A stretch of 46,845 bases of DNA, taken from Macrostomum lignano. Its lineage: Eukaryota. Below are positions 10,208 through 21,414 of the stretch, piece by piece (the first letter of the stretch is position 1; each line of letters opens with the position of its first letter). Where the stretch lies: NCBI GenBank assembly GCA_002269645.1, contig NIVC01004410.1, positions 1-46,845 on the forward strand. The letters are read 5' to 3'. Both the position numbers and the translations under genes were made by a program. The notes beneath the pieces were generated by a model that had not been told where the DNA came from, searched no databases, and saw only the letters and a list, made by a program, of their open reading frames with translations.

Positions 10208-11050
10208 TTTCAGTGGTTTTGTGTCGTCATAACAACGGTTTTGACCAAGCCTCATTGACTATTGTACAGATTATGATTTTTCAATTTGAAAGTTCTATTT
10301 TTAATAGCTTGGGAGACTGATTCTACCCAAATTAGATGAAGCCGAGAGGCAGATTCTACCTATAACTTACTGCTAATAATTATTGGCATGTTTCGTTGAA
10401 ATTTAATGCCTACCGGTAATTTTGATCCAACCAGTTCTTGCTGTTATTATTAGGTTATGTTCAGATAACGGCAGTGTACTATGCATTTTACAATACTTTG
10501 GTAAATATCAAAATATACTTTAATAAAAACACATGTTCAGTACTGATATATAGTGCTCTTCTTATGTGTATTGCAAATGTAGTTATTAACGGAGTTGTTG
10601 CTCATTTATTTTTTTAAAATCTAAAATAACACCGTTCGTAACAATTTAAAGAGAGTTGCTTAGCAAAGCAATTTACTGAATATGCGATTTAAAAGGGTTA
10701 AAAAGAATGTTAATTTTCTACAGATAATGTAAACAGATTTAATCTTAGCTCACTAATACAAGCTACTTGATTTTTTTAGATTTTTTGCAGTCATGAATGA
10801 CCTAATTTAACACTTGGAAAATTTTTTACCACAAATCAGTGATGTGCCTGTCGTTTTTTAGAAACATAAAATTTCACAGAACAGCCTTCAAAAGATTTTC
10901 TAAGAAACCAAGTGGATCTCGTTTCAACACTACATGTTTATACTTAAGTCATTCTGTGTTAACTACTCGCACAGATGTAATCTTTGTCGCTGGTCTGAGT
11001 AAATTTCAAGTTAATATATTGACTGACGCGAACTATACCATATCAGATAA

Positions 11051-14000
11051 TTAGTTCCAGTACGGTCTATAATGCTCCGGTAGGCGAGGCACGTGTCTGC
11101 GCCACAGGTTTTTGTCCTCCTGCGACAGGCGAGCTACTGGCCGAAGAAAACTCTCTGTTGCTTTCCACTTTCTTGCCGGCCTTTCCGTTTCCTGCATGTG
11201 GTAATGAGGGTTGCCAGGCTACTGATTATCTAGTGAGAATTTCACGAGTATTCCGTACCTGCATTTGCTCTAATAAAATGACAGCGTGCGCTCTCCAGTC
11301 TCAACCCGTTGAAAACGGTACCGTGACAAGAATCGCTAAAAAGTCGTTGCAAACAACTTACTTGTGACTCTGGGCGACTCTTGTGACTTTTTAACGACTC
11401 AAACGCGTCAAATGCGACGGAGGCGACTTGCGTCGCAAAAGCGTAAATCATGAAAAAATTGTCCAAGAATCGTTGAGTTGGCGTTATAACTTTTGCTACA
11501 GATACGACTCTAATTCATCAAGCGACGCAAATGCGCTTTAAACACAACTCAGTGACTACAGCGACTTTAGCACGCCTCAAATACGACTCTTTACGGCACC
11601 AGAGTCGATTTCAGAGTCACAGACAACAAAACGCTTCGTGACTTCTTTGGTGACGAATTTTTGGTGACTTTAACCATTTCATCTCATCGTTTTAGAGTCG
11701 TCTAGAGTCATTTCTTTTCATTTCTTTCATTTCATTCATCACTTTCATTCATCACTTTCATTTCATTTCATTCATTTCTTTCCTATTTTGTGTTACCTGC
11801 AACGACTGTAAGGCGACGCAAGTGACTTTGGTACGCTTCTTAGCTTAGATACCGTTTTCATCGGGCAATTCATTTATCCCTGAGCTGAGATCAACAAGAA
11901 GCTTCTCCACTCTCGTCAATTTACTCCCCATCTGCTTTCTTCTCTAACTCCTTCTTTCCCCATCCATCCCAATCTTCTGTCCTGTCGCACCCTCCTCCAA
12001 TCATATCCACAGCAACAGTAGCAACTCAAACTTCTAATTTCTCCAGGCAGTTCCATACCATTGTAATAGACCGACGAAACAGCACGGCCTCGACGGTCAG
12101 CAGCGGGAAAAACAGTCTGCCGTAGCTTACAACCTTAGCAACCTTGAAGCCGCAGCTGTCGCACACTAGATCAACGCCAATTACTTCCACGCCGGGCACC
12201 CTTTTGGCTTCGCCGCCAGCTTGGCCGCGAAGTCGGCCGCCGCTGGCGAACATCTCGACATCGACAACAACCCGGTGGATGTCGCCGATTAAGCGAAGTC
12301 GAGTCGAATGTGACAGCTGAGTGAAGCACTTGCTGCACAGAATGTCGTGATCGCTGTCAAGAACTTGACCTCGGTTGTTGTTGGCCTGATTGACGTCTCC
12401 GCCTCCAGCCTCTTGGTTATCCTCATCTGTGTTCATCATTCTTACTTGATATTCGAGCATCTGCAAGCAGGAGGCATCAAAGCTGGGAGTCATACCAAAT
12501 CGACCCAATTCGGGATTATTTACATGTATATGTTAATCTCTCACCTGAATCTCCAGTTCCCTTGCTGACATGGCAGCAACGGTCCTCACCGCCTGGGACA
12601 TCATGGCATCTCGCTCCTGATTGATGCGTTCTTTATCTTTCAGCCATTCCTGCGTTTCCGCTACAATCACGTGATAGGCGCTGTTTCTGGCCCGGCCGCG
12701 GCCCTTGGTCTGCACCATGGAGACCTCGTTGGTCACGTGACAGTAGCGCACCACCAGGTTGCAGTCGGGGATGTCCAGGCCCTCCTCAGTGACGCTCGTA
12801 CAAGCGATCACTTTGTAGAGACCGCGTCGGAAGTCTTCAAGTCTGGCCCGCTGCTCAGCCGCGTTGGTGCCTCCCGTCGACTCGCCAGATGTTGCACCTG
12901 TCACGTAGGTAGCCTTAAGACGCAGTTCCGCACACTCGTCTACAAAATCGGCCAGAACGCGAGCGTAAAATTTCTGTTTTACAAAAACGATAGCGCGACT
13001 GTTTGGCTGGCCGGTGAATTGCTCGCGAAGAATTTCGACAAGCTTGTCCAGCGGTGGGCTGGACTGGAACATACGAAGGAGGAGTTCATTTTACAGGTTA
13101 ATACGAAGGTCTGGAGTCTTGCGAGTAAAGGGCATAAAAAATCAGCCTCTATGCTGTCTACCCCCATTACTTCCAAATGACTGCACTGTCAAAGAAACCC
13201 CTACTCATCCTGCGTCCATTTTTAATATACTCGTACTATCAGAACTAAAAAATCCCTAGACCCAGTAACCATGTTCCTCACCGAAGCCTCCTTTGTGCCG
13301 CAGAACCTGATCAATTGTTGCATTACGTCATCCAGATGCCGTCTCAGTCTTTCCTCAGCCTCGCTTGCCGGTGGCTTTGCCATCTCATCCTCGGTTCGCA
13401 GCTCCGTCTCCAAATAGCGCAACGCGTCCACCGCGCGAAAGCACTGCGCAATCATTTGAGCCTCGTTGCAGCAGCCAAGATACCTGCTGCAGGCTAATAT
13501 ATTCTTGCAAACGGTTTGGTCAGTGATGTTGTGCATGTTGTACTTCACGTTGGTGCAGTAGTTCAAGTACGCGGGAGTGCCTCGGGGAGGCACAGACGAC
13601 ACTGGCAGGCCTTCACTCTGCCACTGTTCAAGTGAATCGCAATAGTCGCGCAGAAGGCCCTCGCCCATGTTCATTAATCTGTTTAGCAGGTTGATAAACA
13701 CGTCGACTTTTGTTGGATCGCCAGGTGCATAGTGTATCTGGCAATCGGGATTTGATGTCACTTCATTGAGCGACTTGATGCAGCGCTGCACAGTGACTGG
13801 ATATGGGCAGTCGAGATTGGCGCACAGCTTGATTAGATGCTCCACGGCGGCCTCGAGTCGCGATGCTTTGCCGGTGCCTTGTTTGTACGAATGTTTTTAA
13901 GATGTTAGCGCATTAGACTGTGCGGTTGTACTTTTACTGGGTGTATTTAATGGCCTCTAATTAGGCTTTGAATTATCTTGAATAGCTACGGTTTTCTAGT

Positions 14001-17000
14001 GCTCTCCGTTGTAGTTCTCCAATATTCTATACATGTAGTGTCTGTTTGGAGTTCTCTAGCATCCATATTAAGGTTCGTGGAAACAACCCACTAGTGGTTC
14101 TAGCGAATGTTATTTGAAGACTCAAGCGACTGTAATGCAACTGTTGAGTCACGAGCGCATCACGTGCGAATCGTAAGAGTCGTCCAAAAGCCGTTGCGTT
14201 AGAAATTTTCTACTAACTCAAGTAGACTAAATAGATCGAGTTATTACACGTATGCTAGTAAACTGTGCAAGTCGATTCTAGTTCATAAAGTGATATGTTG
14301 AATGCTTTTTTCCTGAGCGTATTTAGCCACTCGGCAGATTTTGAAGGAAAAAAGCATTGCGGGCAAACCTCGGTGGGAAAAAAACTCGGCGGGCAATTCG
14401 CTCGCGGGCAAAATGCACTGCGGGCAAATCTCGACGGGAAAATCGTCTGCGGGCAGTTCTCATGGACCTGACTCTGAGATGCTTCTTGGCCTAGGTACCG
14501 TTTTTTTATCAATAGTGTTCTCTTAATGTCCCTTGCATTGTTTGGGTAATCTAGTATCTCTCAAGCGTCCCTTGTTACAAACTGCACTGTCTAAGTCTTT
14601 GAGGGTTTCTGGTATCCTTACTTAAACTCCCCCCTAGTGTTATCTTTTGGCTATAGTTGCTCCTAGCAGCTCTCACCTGGACTGGCCGTCAGTCCCAGAA
14701 TCTGCGGCAGCTTGCTTCCTTTCTGTTGCTCTTCAACCGACGATTCAAGAATCTTCTTTCGCCGCATATAGTGCACCATCACCCCTTTGCTTGGGTGGTC
14801 GTTTGAGCAATTGTGACACTCGTCGAAGATAATTAACCGAAATGCCGACACGCCCAGGCCGTTGAAGCTGTCGGGTTCGCGTTTCAAAGCGTTCAGCAGA
14901 ATCTGAGTGCTCATAACAATGATGGAGTGCCCCTTCAGAGCCTGGGCGAAAGGCATTCGATTTCTCGAATCCGCTCCACCGTGCACCGGCGGGCAGACGC
15001 TGTTGTGCCAAGGCGGCGGCAGGACCGAGCGGAACTCTTCGTACTGCTGCTGCACCAGGTTCGTTGTAGAGGCCAGGAATGCTACCTGAACCAAAAAATG
15101 TACAAAAAAGATGGAAACCGCGGTCCGACTTATACCCAAACATAACAGAACAAAGTTTTGCTTTTTTCACCCACCTTTGCTTGGGGCTCGGCCTTGAGCA
15201 GCCGCAGAGCGACGTACACGGCTACCAGAGTCTTCCCAGAGCCAGTGGGCGCGATCACTATCGAGTTGCGACCTAACAGGGCCGGCTCTGCCAACTCCAG
15301 CTGGTAGTCGCGGAGCTGCCGGCCGACGAGCTCGTTGTTGCCAGACGGCTGAGACCCAGGCGGCGATGGAGGCTGCTGATTGGCTATTCGCTCAAGCTTG
15401 TAAGTGTCAGAGTCGAACTTCAGTCCGTTGAGATCGAACCACCGGTTCGATTGGTCGACGACCGACTTTTTGGCCTCCTCGAACTCTGGACTCGACACCG
15501 TGTTGTAGAGCTTGGGCTGAAGCGCCGGGAGCTCTAAAATGAATGGGTGGCGATGCATTGAGACTGAGATTGATCATCCTTGAGTTCCCAATCTCAGCAA
15601 AGGTGGAGTCTTCCAGCTGCTTTTGCTCTGTGATTCAACCAGCTATTTCTGATACAATAATCTGGTCTCTCACCTGACTCGAAGTTTTGGCCGAACGGTG
15701 CAATGATGTTGAGCAGATCGACTGAGCTCTCGAGGTCAGCGATAGCAGCGAGGATGAGGTGCTCAAACCAGTCGTGAGGTGCGCAATCGATGAGCTGGCG
15801 AAGCACGCGATGGACGTCTGCGGGTTGAGGCGACAAGGGGAGATCTGGTAAGGGATCTGGAGATGGGGTCATGTGATCATGGTCATGTGACAGGAATCAG
15901 AAAGATAAATGAAAGCACCTCAGTAACACAGAAGCTCAGCAAATCAGCAACTCTGCATCTGAGCATTCTAATACCTCAGCAACTGAGCACCCCAATACCT
16001 CAGCAACTGAGCAGCCCCAACAACTCAGCAACTGAGCAGCCCCAACAACTCAGCAACTGAGCAGCCCCAACAACTCAGCAACTGATCAGCCCAATAACCC
16101 AGCAACTGAGCAGCCCAATAACTCAGCAACTGAGCAGCCCAATAACTCAGCAACTGAGCAGCCCCAATAACTCAGCAACTGAGCAGCCCAATAACCCAGC
16201 AACTGAGCAGCCCAATAACCCAGCAACTGAGCAGCCCAATAAATCAGCAACTGAGCAGCCCCAATAACTCAGCAACTGAGCAGCCCAATAACCCAGCAAC
16301 TGAGCAGCCCAATAACCTAGCAACTGAGCAGCCCAATAACTCAGCAACTGAGCAGCCCAATATCTCAGCATCTGAGCAGCCCAATATCTCAGCAACTGAG
16401 CAGCCCAATAAGCAATAACTCAGCAACTGAGCAGCCCAATAACTCAGCAACTGATCAGCCCAATAACTCAGCAACTGAGCAGCCCAATAACTCAGCAACT
16501 GATCAGCCCAATAACTCAGCAACTGAGCAGCCCAATAAGCAATAACTCAGCAACTGAGCAGCCCAATAACTCAGCAACTGATCAGCCCAATAACTCAGCA
16601 ACTGAGCAGCCCAATAACTCAGCAACTGAGCAGCCCCAATAACTCAGCAACTGAGCAGCCCCAATAACTCAGCAACTGAGCAGCCCAATAACTCAGCAAC
16701 TGAGCAGACCAATAACTCAGCAACTGAGCAGACCAATAACTCAGCAACTGAGCAGCCCCAATAACTCAGCAACTGAGCAGCCCCAATAACTCAGCAACTG
16801 AGCAGCCCAATAACTCAGCAACTGAGCAGACCAATAACTCAGCAACTGAGCAGACCAATAACTCAACAACTGAGCAGCCCCAATAACTCAGCAACTGAGC
16901 AGCCCCAATAACTCAGCAACTGAGCAGCCCCAATAACTCAGCAACTGAGCAGCCCCAATAACTCAGCAACTGAGCAGCCCCAATAACTCAGAATCTGAGC

Positions 17001-17689
17001 AGCCCACTCAGCAGCACAGCATCTCAGCTCAGCTCACGTGCTGCACTCCCGTCGCCGTCAAGATCTTCAGAAGACTTGCTGAAGTCCTGCAGTGACTGGG
17101 CGAAGACGTCTCTCTGCAGTGCTGCGGGAAGGCTGGCCGGCACTGACAACTGCAGCCGATGAAGACGCGGCAGATCCCGCCGATTGTCCAGGTGCAGAAT
17201 GTGCAGCAAGTTCTCCTGTGCTGCTGTTGCGTGGGTTCACAGGGAGATGAGTTGACATTTATTATGCTTTCTCGCATGTACAGCTCAGCATGACAGCACT
17301 TACAGCTTGTGATGCAGCGCAGAAGCTGGCTGAATGCGTCTTCGATTGGCAATTGGCCGACAACCTGCAGCAATTCGGACCAACTGCTGGGCCGATTCAT
17401 GGTAATGCCTTGAGTGGGATGAGCTGCATTGGGTGGAAATTCGATCAGGAGCAGACATTGCTGAGTAACGATAATTATTGTCAATTTCAAGAAATTTATC
17501 GATTAGATGAATTACACTTTTTACAGGTTTTCAAAGTTTAGTATTGAGGCACTCACCATTTTTAATATGATTTTCGTACACAGCCACAATATTGCCAATG
17601 TCAATTAGTCCTTCAATGTCGTCTTTAAATATATGGAAAAGAAGGCTAATAAGTCCTTCGAGTTCAACGCTTTCTTCGCCACCGTCCAT
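11051..17689 (-). CDS. RIG-I-like receptor A (2 CARD-like, DECH helicase, pincer, Zn-CTD); exons 17689-17557, 17423-17304, 17223-17038, 15817-15674, 15533-15175, 15085-14677, 13877-13282, 13063-12545, 12460-12059, 11191-11051 (1002 aa)
   Basis: LRDYQLELA (Q), APTGSGKT (I), DECH (II), GLTASPG (III), RAIVFV (IV), TSVTEEGLDIPDCNLVVRY (V), MVQTKGRGRA (VI); CTD CSKC/CDSC and RKWK; all introns GT-AG with compatible phases, total 3009 nt. RIG-I versus MDA5 orthology is not assignable. Confidence 0.9.
11305..11865. mobile_element. 561-bp MITE in RLR-A intron 9 (CCC...GGG ends, possibly CACTA/EnSpm-like)
   Basis: TIR CCCGTTGAAAACGGTA / TACCGTTTTCATCGGG (15/16); candidate 3-bp TSD CAA; many internal CGACT/GTGACT subrepeats. 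Confidence 0.6.
15905..17010. repeat. 24-25-bp minisatellite (CTCAGCAACTGAGCAGCCCAATAA) in RLR-A intron 3
   Basis: Direct periodicity; each unit contains the CTCAG-caa-CTGAG inverted repeat. Confidence 0.95.
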
Positions 17690-17868
17690 GGTTGATTGAT
17701 ATTATTTGTTGATAGGCTCAGCCGCTTTTTAGCTTATTTTTAATTAAAAACTAATTGATTAGTCCACTTGTCCGTTGTCCACTTGTCTTGCATTAACTAA
17801 CTTAGTAATGCAAAGCAATGCAGTTGCAGTGACAGAGCTGCCTCTATTTTATCACGACAGGACAGAGC

Positions 17869-17910
17869 GAAACTGAAAACTGGAAAAGGGAAAGATTTCT
17901 TGGAAATTCC
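17869..17910 (-). promoter_or_regulatory. ISRE/IRF-like sites plus kappaB-like site, 180-221 bp upstream of the RLR-A ATG
   Basis: + strand GAAACTGAAAACTGGAAAAGGGAAAG...GGAAATTCC fits GAAANNGAAA and GGRNWTYCC. Confidence 0.55.
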
Positions 17911-18409
17911 GAGCGCGCGCGGAGGGTATGGCCACCAGTTCTAAAAATAGATTTTATTTGGATATAACCAATGTACACTGGGAGTCTACGTTCATCCCGC
18001 AAGCTAAATGTACATTTCATTGCGTACAAGAGTGAATTTGAGGTCTATGCCCTTTTTCATTTCAAATCTTATTTTTTTGCTCTGGTTCTTTCTATACACA
18101 CATTAAAGCAGCCTTGCAATAATTTCATTTCCATTTCTGCTTGTGCTTTCCTATCAAAGTGCTGTGGTACTCTACTCTGTCTATTGTCCTTCCTGACTCC
18201 GAGTAAATTATGTTCAGTAGTTTCATGCATGATTTTTGTGTTTGTTTTAGATAACATAACAATCAATAAGCGTAATGGCACTTAAACTCTAGAATTTATT
18301 TGTTAGTAACGAATTCACCGATTGTAATCAAGTTACATGACTTATGAGTATCTAGTCGTGGAACAGTCAGCTACTTTAGGGTGTAGAAACTGGTTGAAGT
18401 AGGTGCCGG

Positions 18410-18845
18410 TCCTCCTCTCTCCCTACCCTACCTCTCCCTTGACTCCCTACCTCCCTACCTCACTCCATACCTCTCTCCCTACCTACCTCTATCTCTCTCC
18501 CTACCTCTCTCCCTACATCTCTCCCTACCTCTCTTCCTAAATCTCTCCCTACCTCTCTCTATCTCTCTTCCTACCTCTCTCCCTACATCTCTCCCTTACC
18601 TCTCTCCTGACCCCCTACCTCTCTTCCTATCTCTCTCCCTACATCTCTCCCTACCTCTCTATCTCTCTCCCGACCTCTCTCCCTACATCTTTCCCTTCCT
18701 ACCTCTCCCTACCTCTCTCTACCTCTCTCTATCTTTCTCCCTACATCTCTCCCTACATCTCTACCTCTCTCCCTAGCTCTCCCTACCTCTCTCTATCTCT
18801 ACTTCCCGACATCTCTCCCTACATCTCTCCCGACCTCTCTCCTAA
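18410..18845. repeat. CT-rich degenerate microsatellite (CCTACCTCTCTC-like) in the spacer between the RLR genes
   Basis: Direct inspection; strong pyrimidine strand bias. Confidence 0.9.
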
Positions 18846-19696
18846 TTGTGTAAACTAATTGTATAATAACCTGATCAATTTTAATGAAATAGCAAGTATT
18901 GCAAAAAGTGTTGAAAAATGGGAACTTTTCCAAGGAAACTTGGGTATTTTTTTAAGAAATTAGACAATTTTTTTCTATAACCGACATGTATTTTAATAGA
19001 GAAGTACAACAACTTAGTAAGAACTGGTGAAATTTACGAGTTGGAGAGAAAAATTGGCCGATATGTATCACATGGGCGTCGCCACAGGCGAGACAGAGGG
19101 GACATAATCCCCCAGTAGAAGCTAAGGGGGGCATGTCAAATACTTTGTCCCCCCATACGTCATTTCACCTTGTAACTTGCTATGGAAACCAATAATTTTG
19201 CTTCAGGGCGCCAAAATATAGCGGCTTCAGCGCCAAAATGAGTGACTGCGGCCCCAAAATGAGTGCCAAACAACACCGATGTTTAGCATAACGTATGAAA
19301 ACATAGTAGTCTACTTACAGTAGAGATAAGAAATCTGTTTCACTTATACTTCACAAACACCCAGGGATTAAAATTCAATAATATTTCAGCATTTTACACT
19401 TAGTAATGCAATTACAATTTAACACCGAGCCCAGGAAATGTTGGCAGCTTGGCCAACATGGTGAACAGTTGGCTGGTCTGGTCACCAGAGATTTCTTTTT
19501 CCAATGAAAAATCATTTAAAAGCTGTGATTTCCAACACGGCAGATACATGTAAATTTTGTACAAGTTTGGCTGGACACTTTTTGGGGGATTCGGAAAATT
19601 TGCAAAACCCTAAACAACCCGAAAATCCTTTCCCGAACTCCGATCCCGATCCCAAATCCCAACCCCGAAACCTAACCACTCCTAGTGAACGTAGAC

Positions 19697-21119
19697 CGGG
19701 GGTCAGCAAACTCCGGCCCGAGGGTCACATGCGGCCCGGCCCGCAATGCCTCACTATCCGGCCCTCGGGTCCATGGACACTTTAAAATGGCAATCCGGCC
19801 CGCTCAAGGTTTGTGTCTTCTCAGTTGTCTCTTCTCTTCTCTTCTCTTTTCTTTCCTCTCAGTTTCTCTTCTTTTCTCTCTCCTCTCCTCTTCTCTCCTC
19901 TACTCTCTCCTCTACTCTCTCCTCTTCTCTCCTCTACTCTCTCCTCTACTCTCTCCTCTTCTCTCCTCTACTCTCTCCTCTACTCTCCTCTTCTCTCCTC
20001 TACTCTCTCCTCTACTCTCTCCTCTTCTCTCCTCTACTCTCTCCTCTACTCTCCTCTTCTCTCCTCTACTCTCTCCTCTACTCTCCTCTTCTCTCCTCTA
20101 CTCTCTCCTCTACTCTCCTCTTCTCTCCTCTACTCTCTCCTCTACTCTCCTCTTCTCTCCTCTACTCTCTCCTCTTCTCTCCTCTTCTCTGCTCTACTCT
20201 CTCCTCTTCTCTCCTCTTCTCTCCTCTACTCTCTCCTCTACTCTCCTCTTCTCTCCTCTACACTCTCCTCTTCTCTCCTCTACTCTCTCCTCTACTCTCT
20301 CCTCTTCTCTCCTCTACTCTCTCCTCTACTCTCCTCTTCTCTCCTCTACTCTCTCCTCTACTCTCTCCTCTTCTCTCCTCTACTCTCTCCTCTACTCTCC
20401 TCTTCTCTCCTCTACTCTCTCCTCTACTCTCTCCTCTTCTCTCCTCTACTCTCTCCTCTACTCTCTCCTCTACTCTCTCCTCTTCTCTCCTCTCCTCTCT
20501 CCTCTACTCTCCTCTTCTCTCCTCTACTCTCTCCTCTACTCTCCTCTTCTCTCCTCTACTCTCTCCTCTACTCTCCTCTTCTCTCCTCTACTCTCTCCTC
20601 TTCTCTCCTCTTCTCTGCTCTACTCTCTCCTCTTCTCTCCTCTTCTCTCCTCTACTCTCTCCTCTACTTTCCTCTTCTCTCCTCTACTCTCTCCTCTTCT
20701 CTCCTCTACTCTCTCCTCTACTCTCCTCTTCTCTCCTCTACTCTCTCCTCTACTCTCCTCTTCTCTCCTCTACTCTCTCCTCTACTCTCCTCTTCTCTCC
20801 TCTACTCTCTCCTCTACTCTCCTCTTCTCTCCTCTACTCTCTCCTCTACTCTCCTCTTCTCTCCTCTACTCTCTCCTCTACTCTCCTCTTCTCTCCTCTC
20901 CTCTCCTCTCATCTCCTCTCCTCTCCCCTCTCATCTAATCTCTTCTCTCATAGCATCTCTCATCTCGCTTCTTACCTCTCCTCTCTCCTGTCATCTCTCA
21001 TCTCCTCTTACTTCTCTCTCGCCAATCCCTCTCCTCTCCACTCTCATCTGGCCCACAGGCCACAGCCATGAGCTAGATTCTTTACCTGACCCCCGAGGTA
21101 AAAAGTTTGCTAACCCCTG
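19697..21119. mobile_element. Non-autonomous hAT element/MITE with a ~1.2-kb internal CT microsatellite expansion (19830-21045)
   Basis: TIRs CGGGGGTCAGCAAAC / GTTTGCTAACCCCTG; perfect 8-bp TSD ACGTAGAC (19689-19696, 21120-21127); CGGCCC subterminal motifs. Confidence 0.85.
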
Positions 21120-21193
21120 ACGTAGACGCTCAGTGTACATTGGTATGTAGAATCTATTTTTAGAACTGGTGGCCATACCCTCCGCGCGCGCTC

Positions 21194-21235
21194 GGAATTT
21201 CCAAGAAATCTTTCCCTTTTCCAGTTTTCGGTTTC
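21194..21235 (+). promoter_or_regulatory. kappaB-like site plus ISRE/IRF-like sites, 180-221 bp upstream of the RLR-B ATG
   Basis: GGAATTTCC...CTTTCCCTTTTCCAGTTTTCGGTTTC (reverse complement GAAACCGAAAACT). Confidence 0.55.
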
Positions 21236-21414
21236 GCTCTGTCCTGTCGTGATAAAATAGAGGCAGCTCTGTCACTGCAACTGCATTGCTTTGCATTACT
21301 AAGTTAGTTAATGCAAGACAAGTGGACAACGGACAAGTGGACTAATCAATTAGTTTTTAATTAAAAATAAGCTAGAAAGCGACTAAGCCTATCAACAAAT
21401 AATATCAATCAACC

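Larger units (their letters stand above)
15175..17994. repeat. Left arm of a near-identical inverted segmental repeat (partner 21120-23548)
   Basis: Reverse-complement identity over promoter, exons 1-5 and introns 1-4, apart from a few SNPs and minisatellite length. Confidence 0.95.

Noticed and set aside
12347-13497. Antisense ORFs over RLR, RBMX2 and GPCR exons
   Set aside because: Shadow frames of GC-rich coding sequence with no independent motifs
14340-14465. GCGGGCAA subrepeats in RLR-A intron 6 as a transposon end
   Set aside because: No termini or TSD could be defined
19070-19160. GGGCGTCGCCACAGG...GGGGGGCA fragment resembling a Harbinger-type MITE end
   Set aside because: No matching second TIR or TSD found
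19685-21120. Three 417-441 aa Leu/Ser/Pro ORFs
   Set aside because: Stop-free reading of a CT microsatellite inside a hAT MITE; open in all three frames
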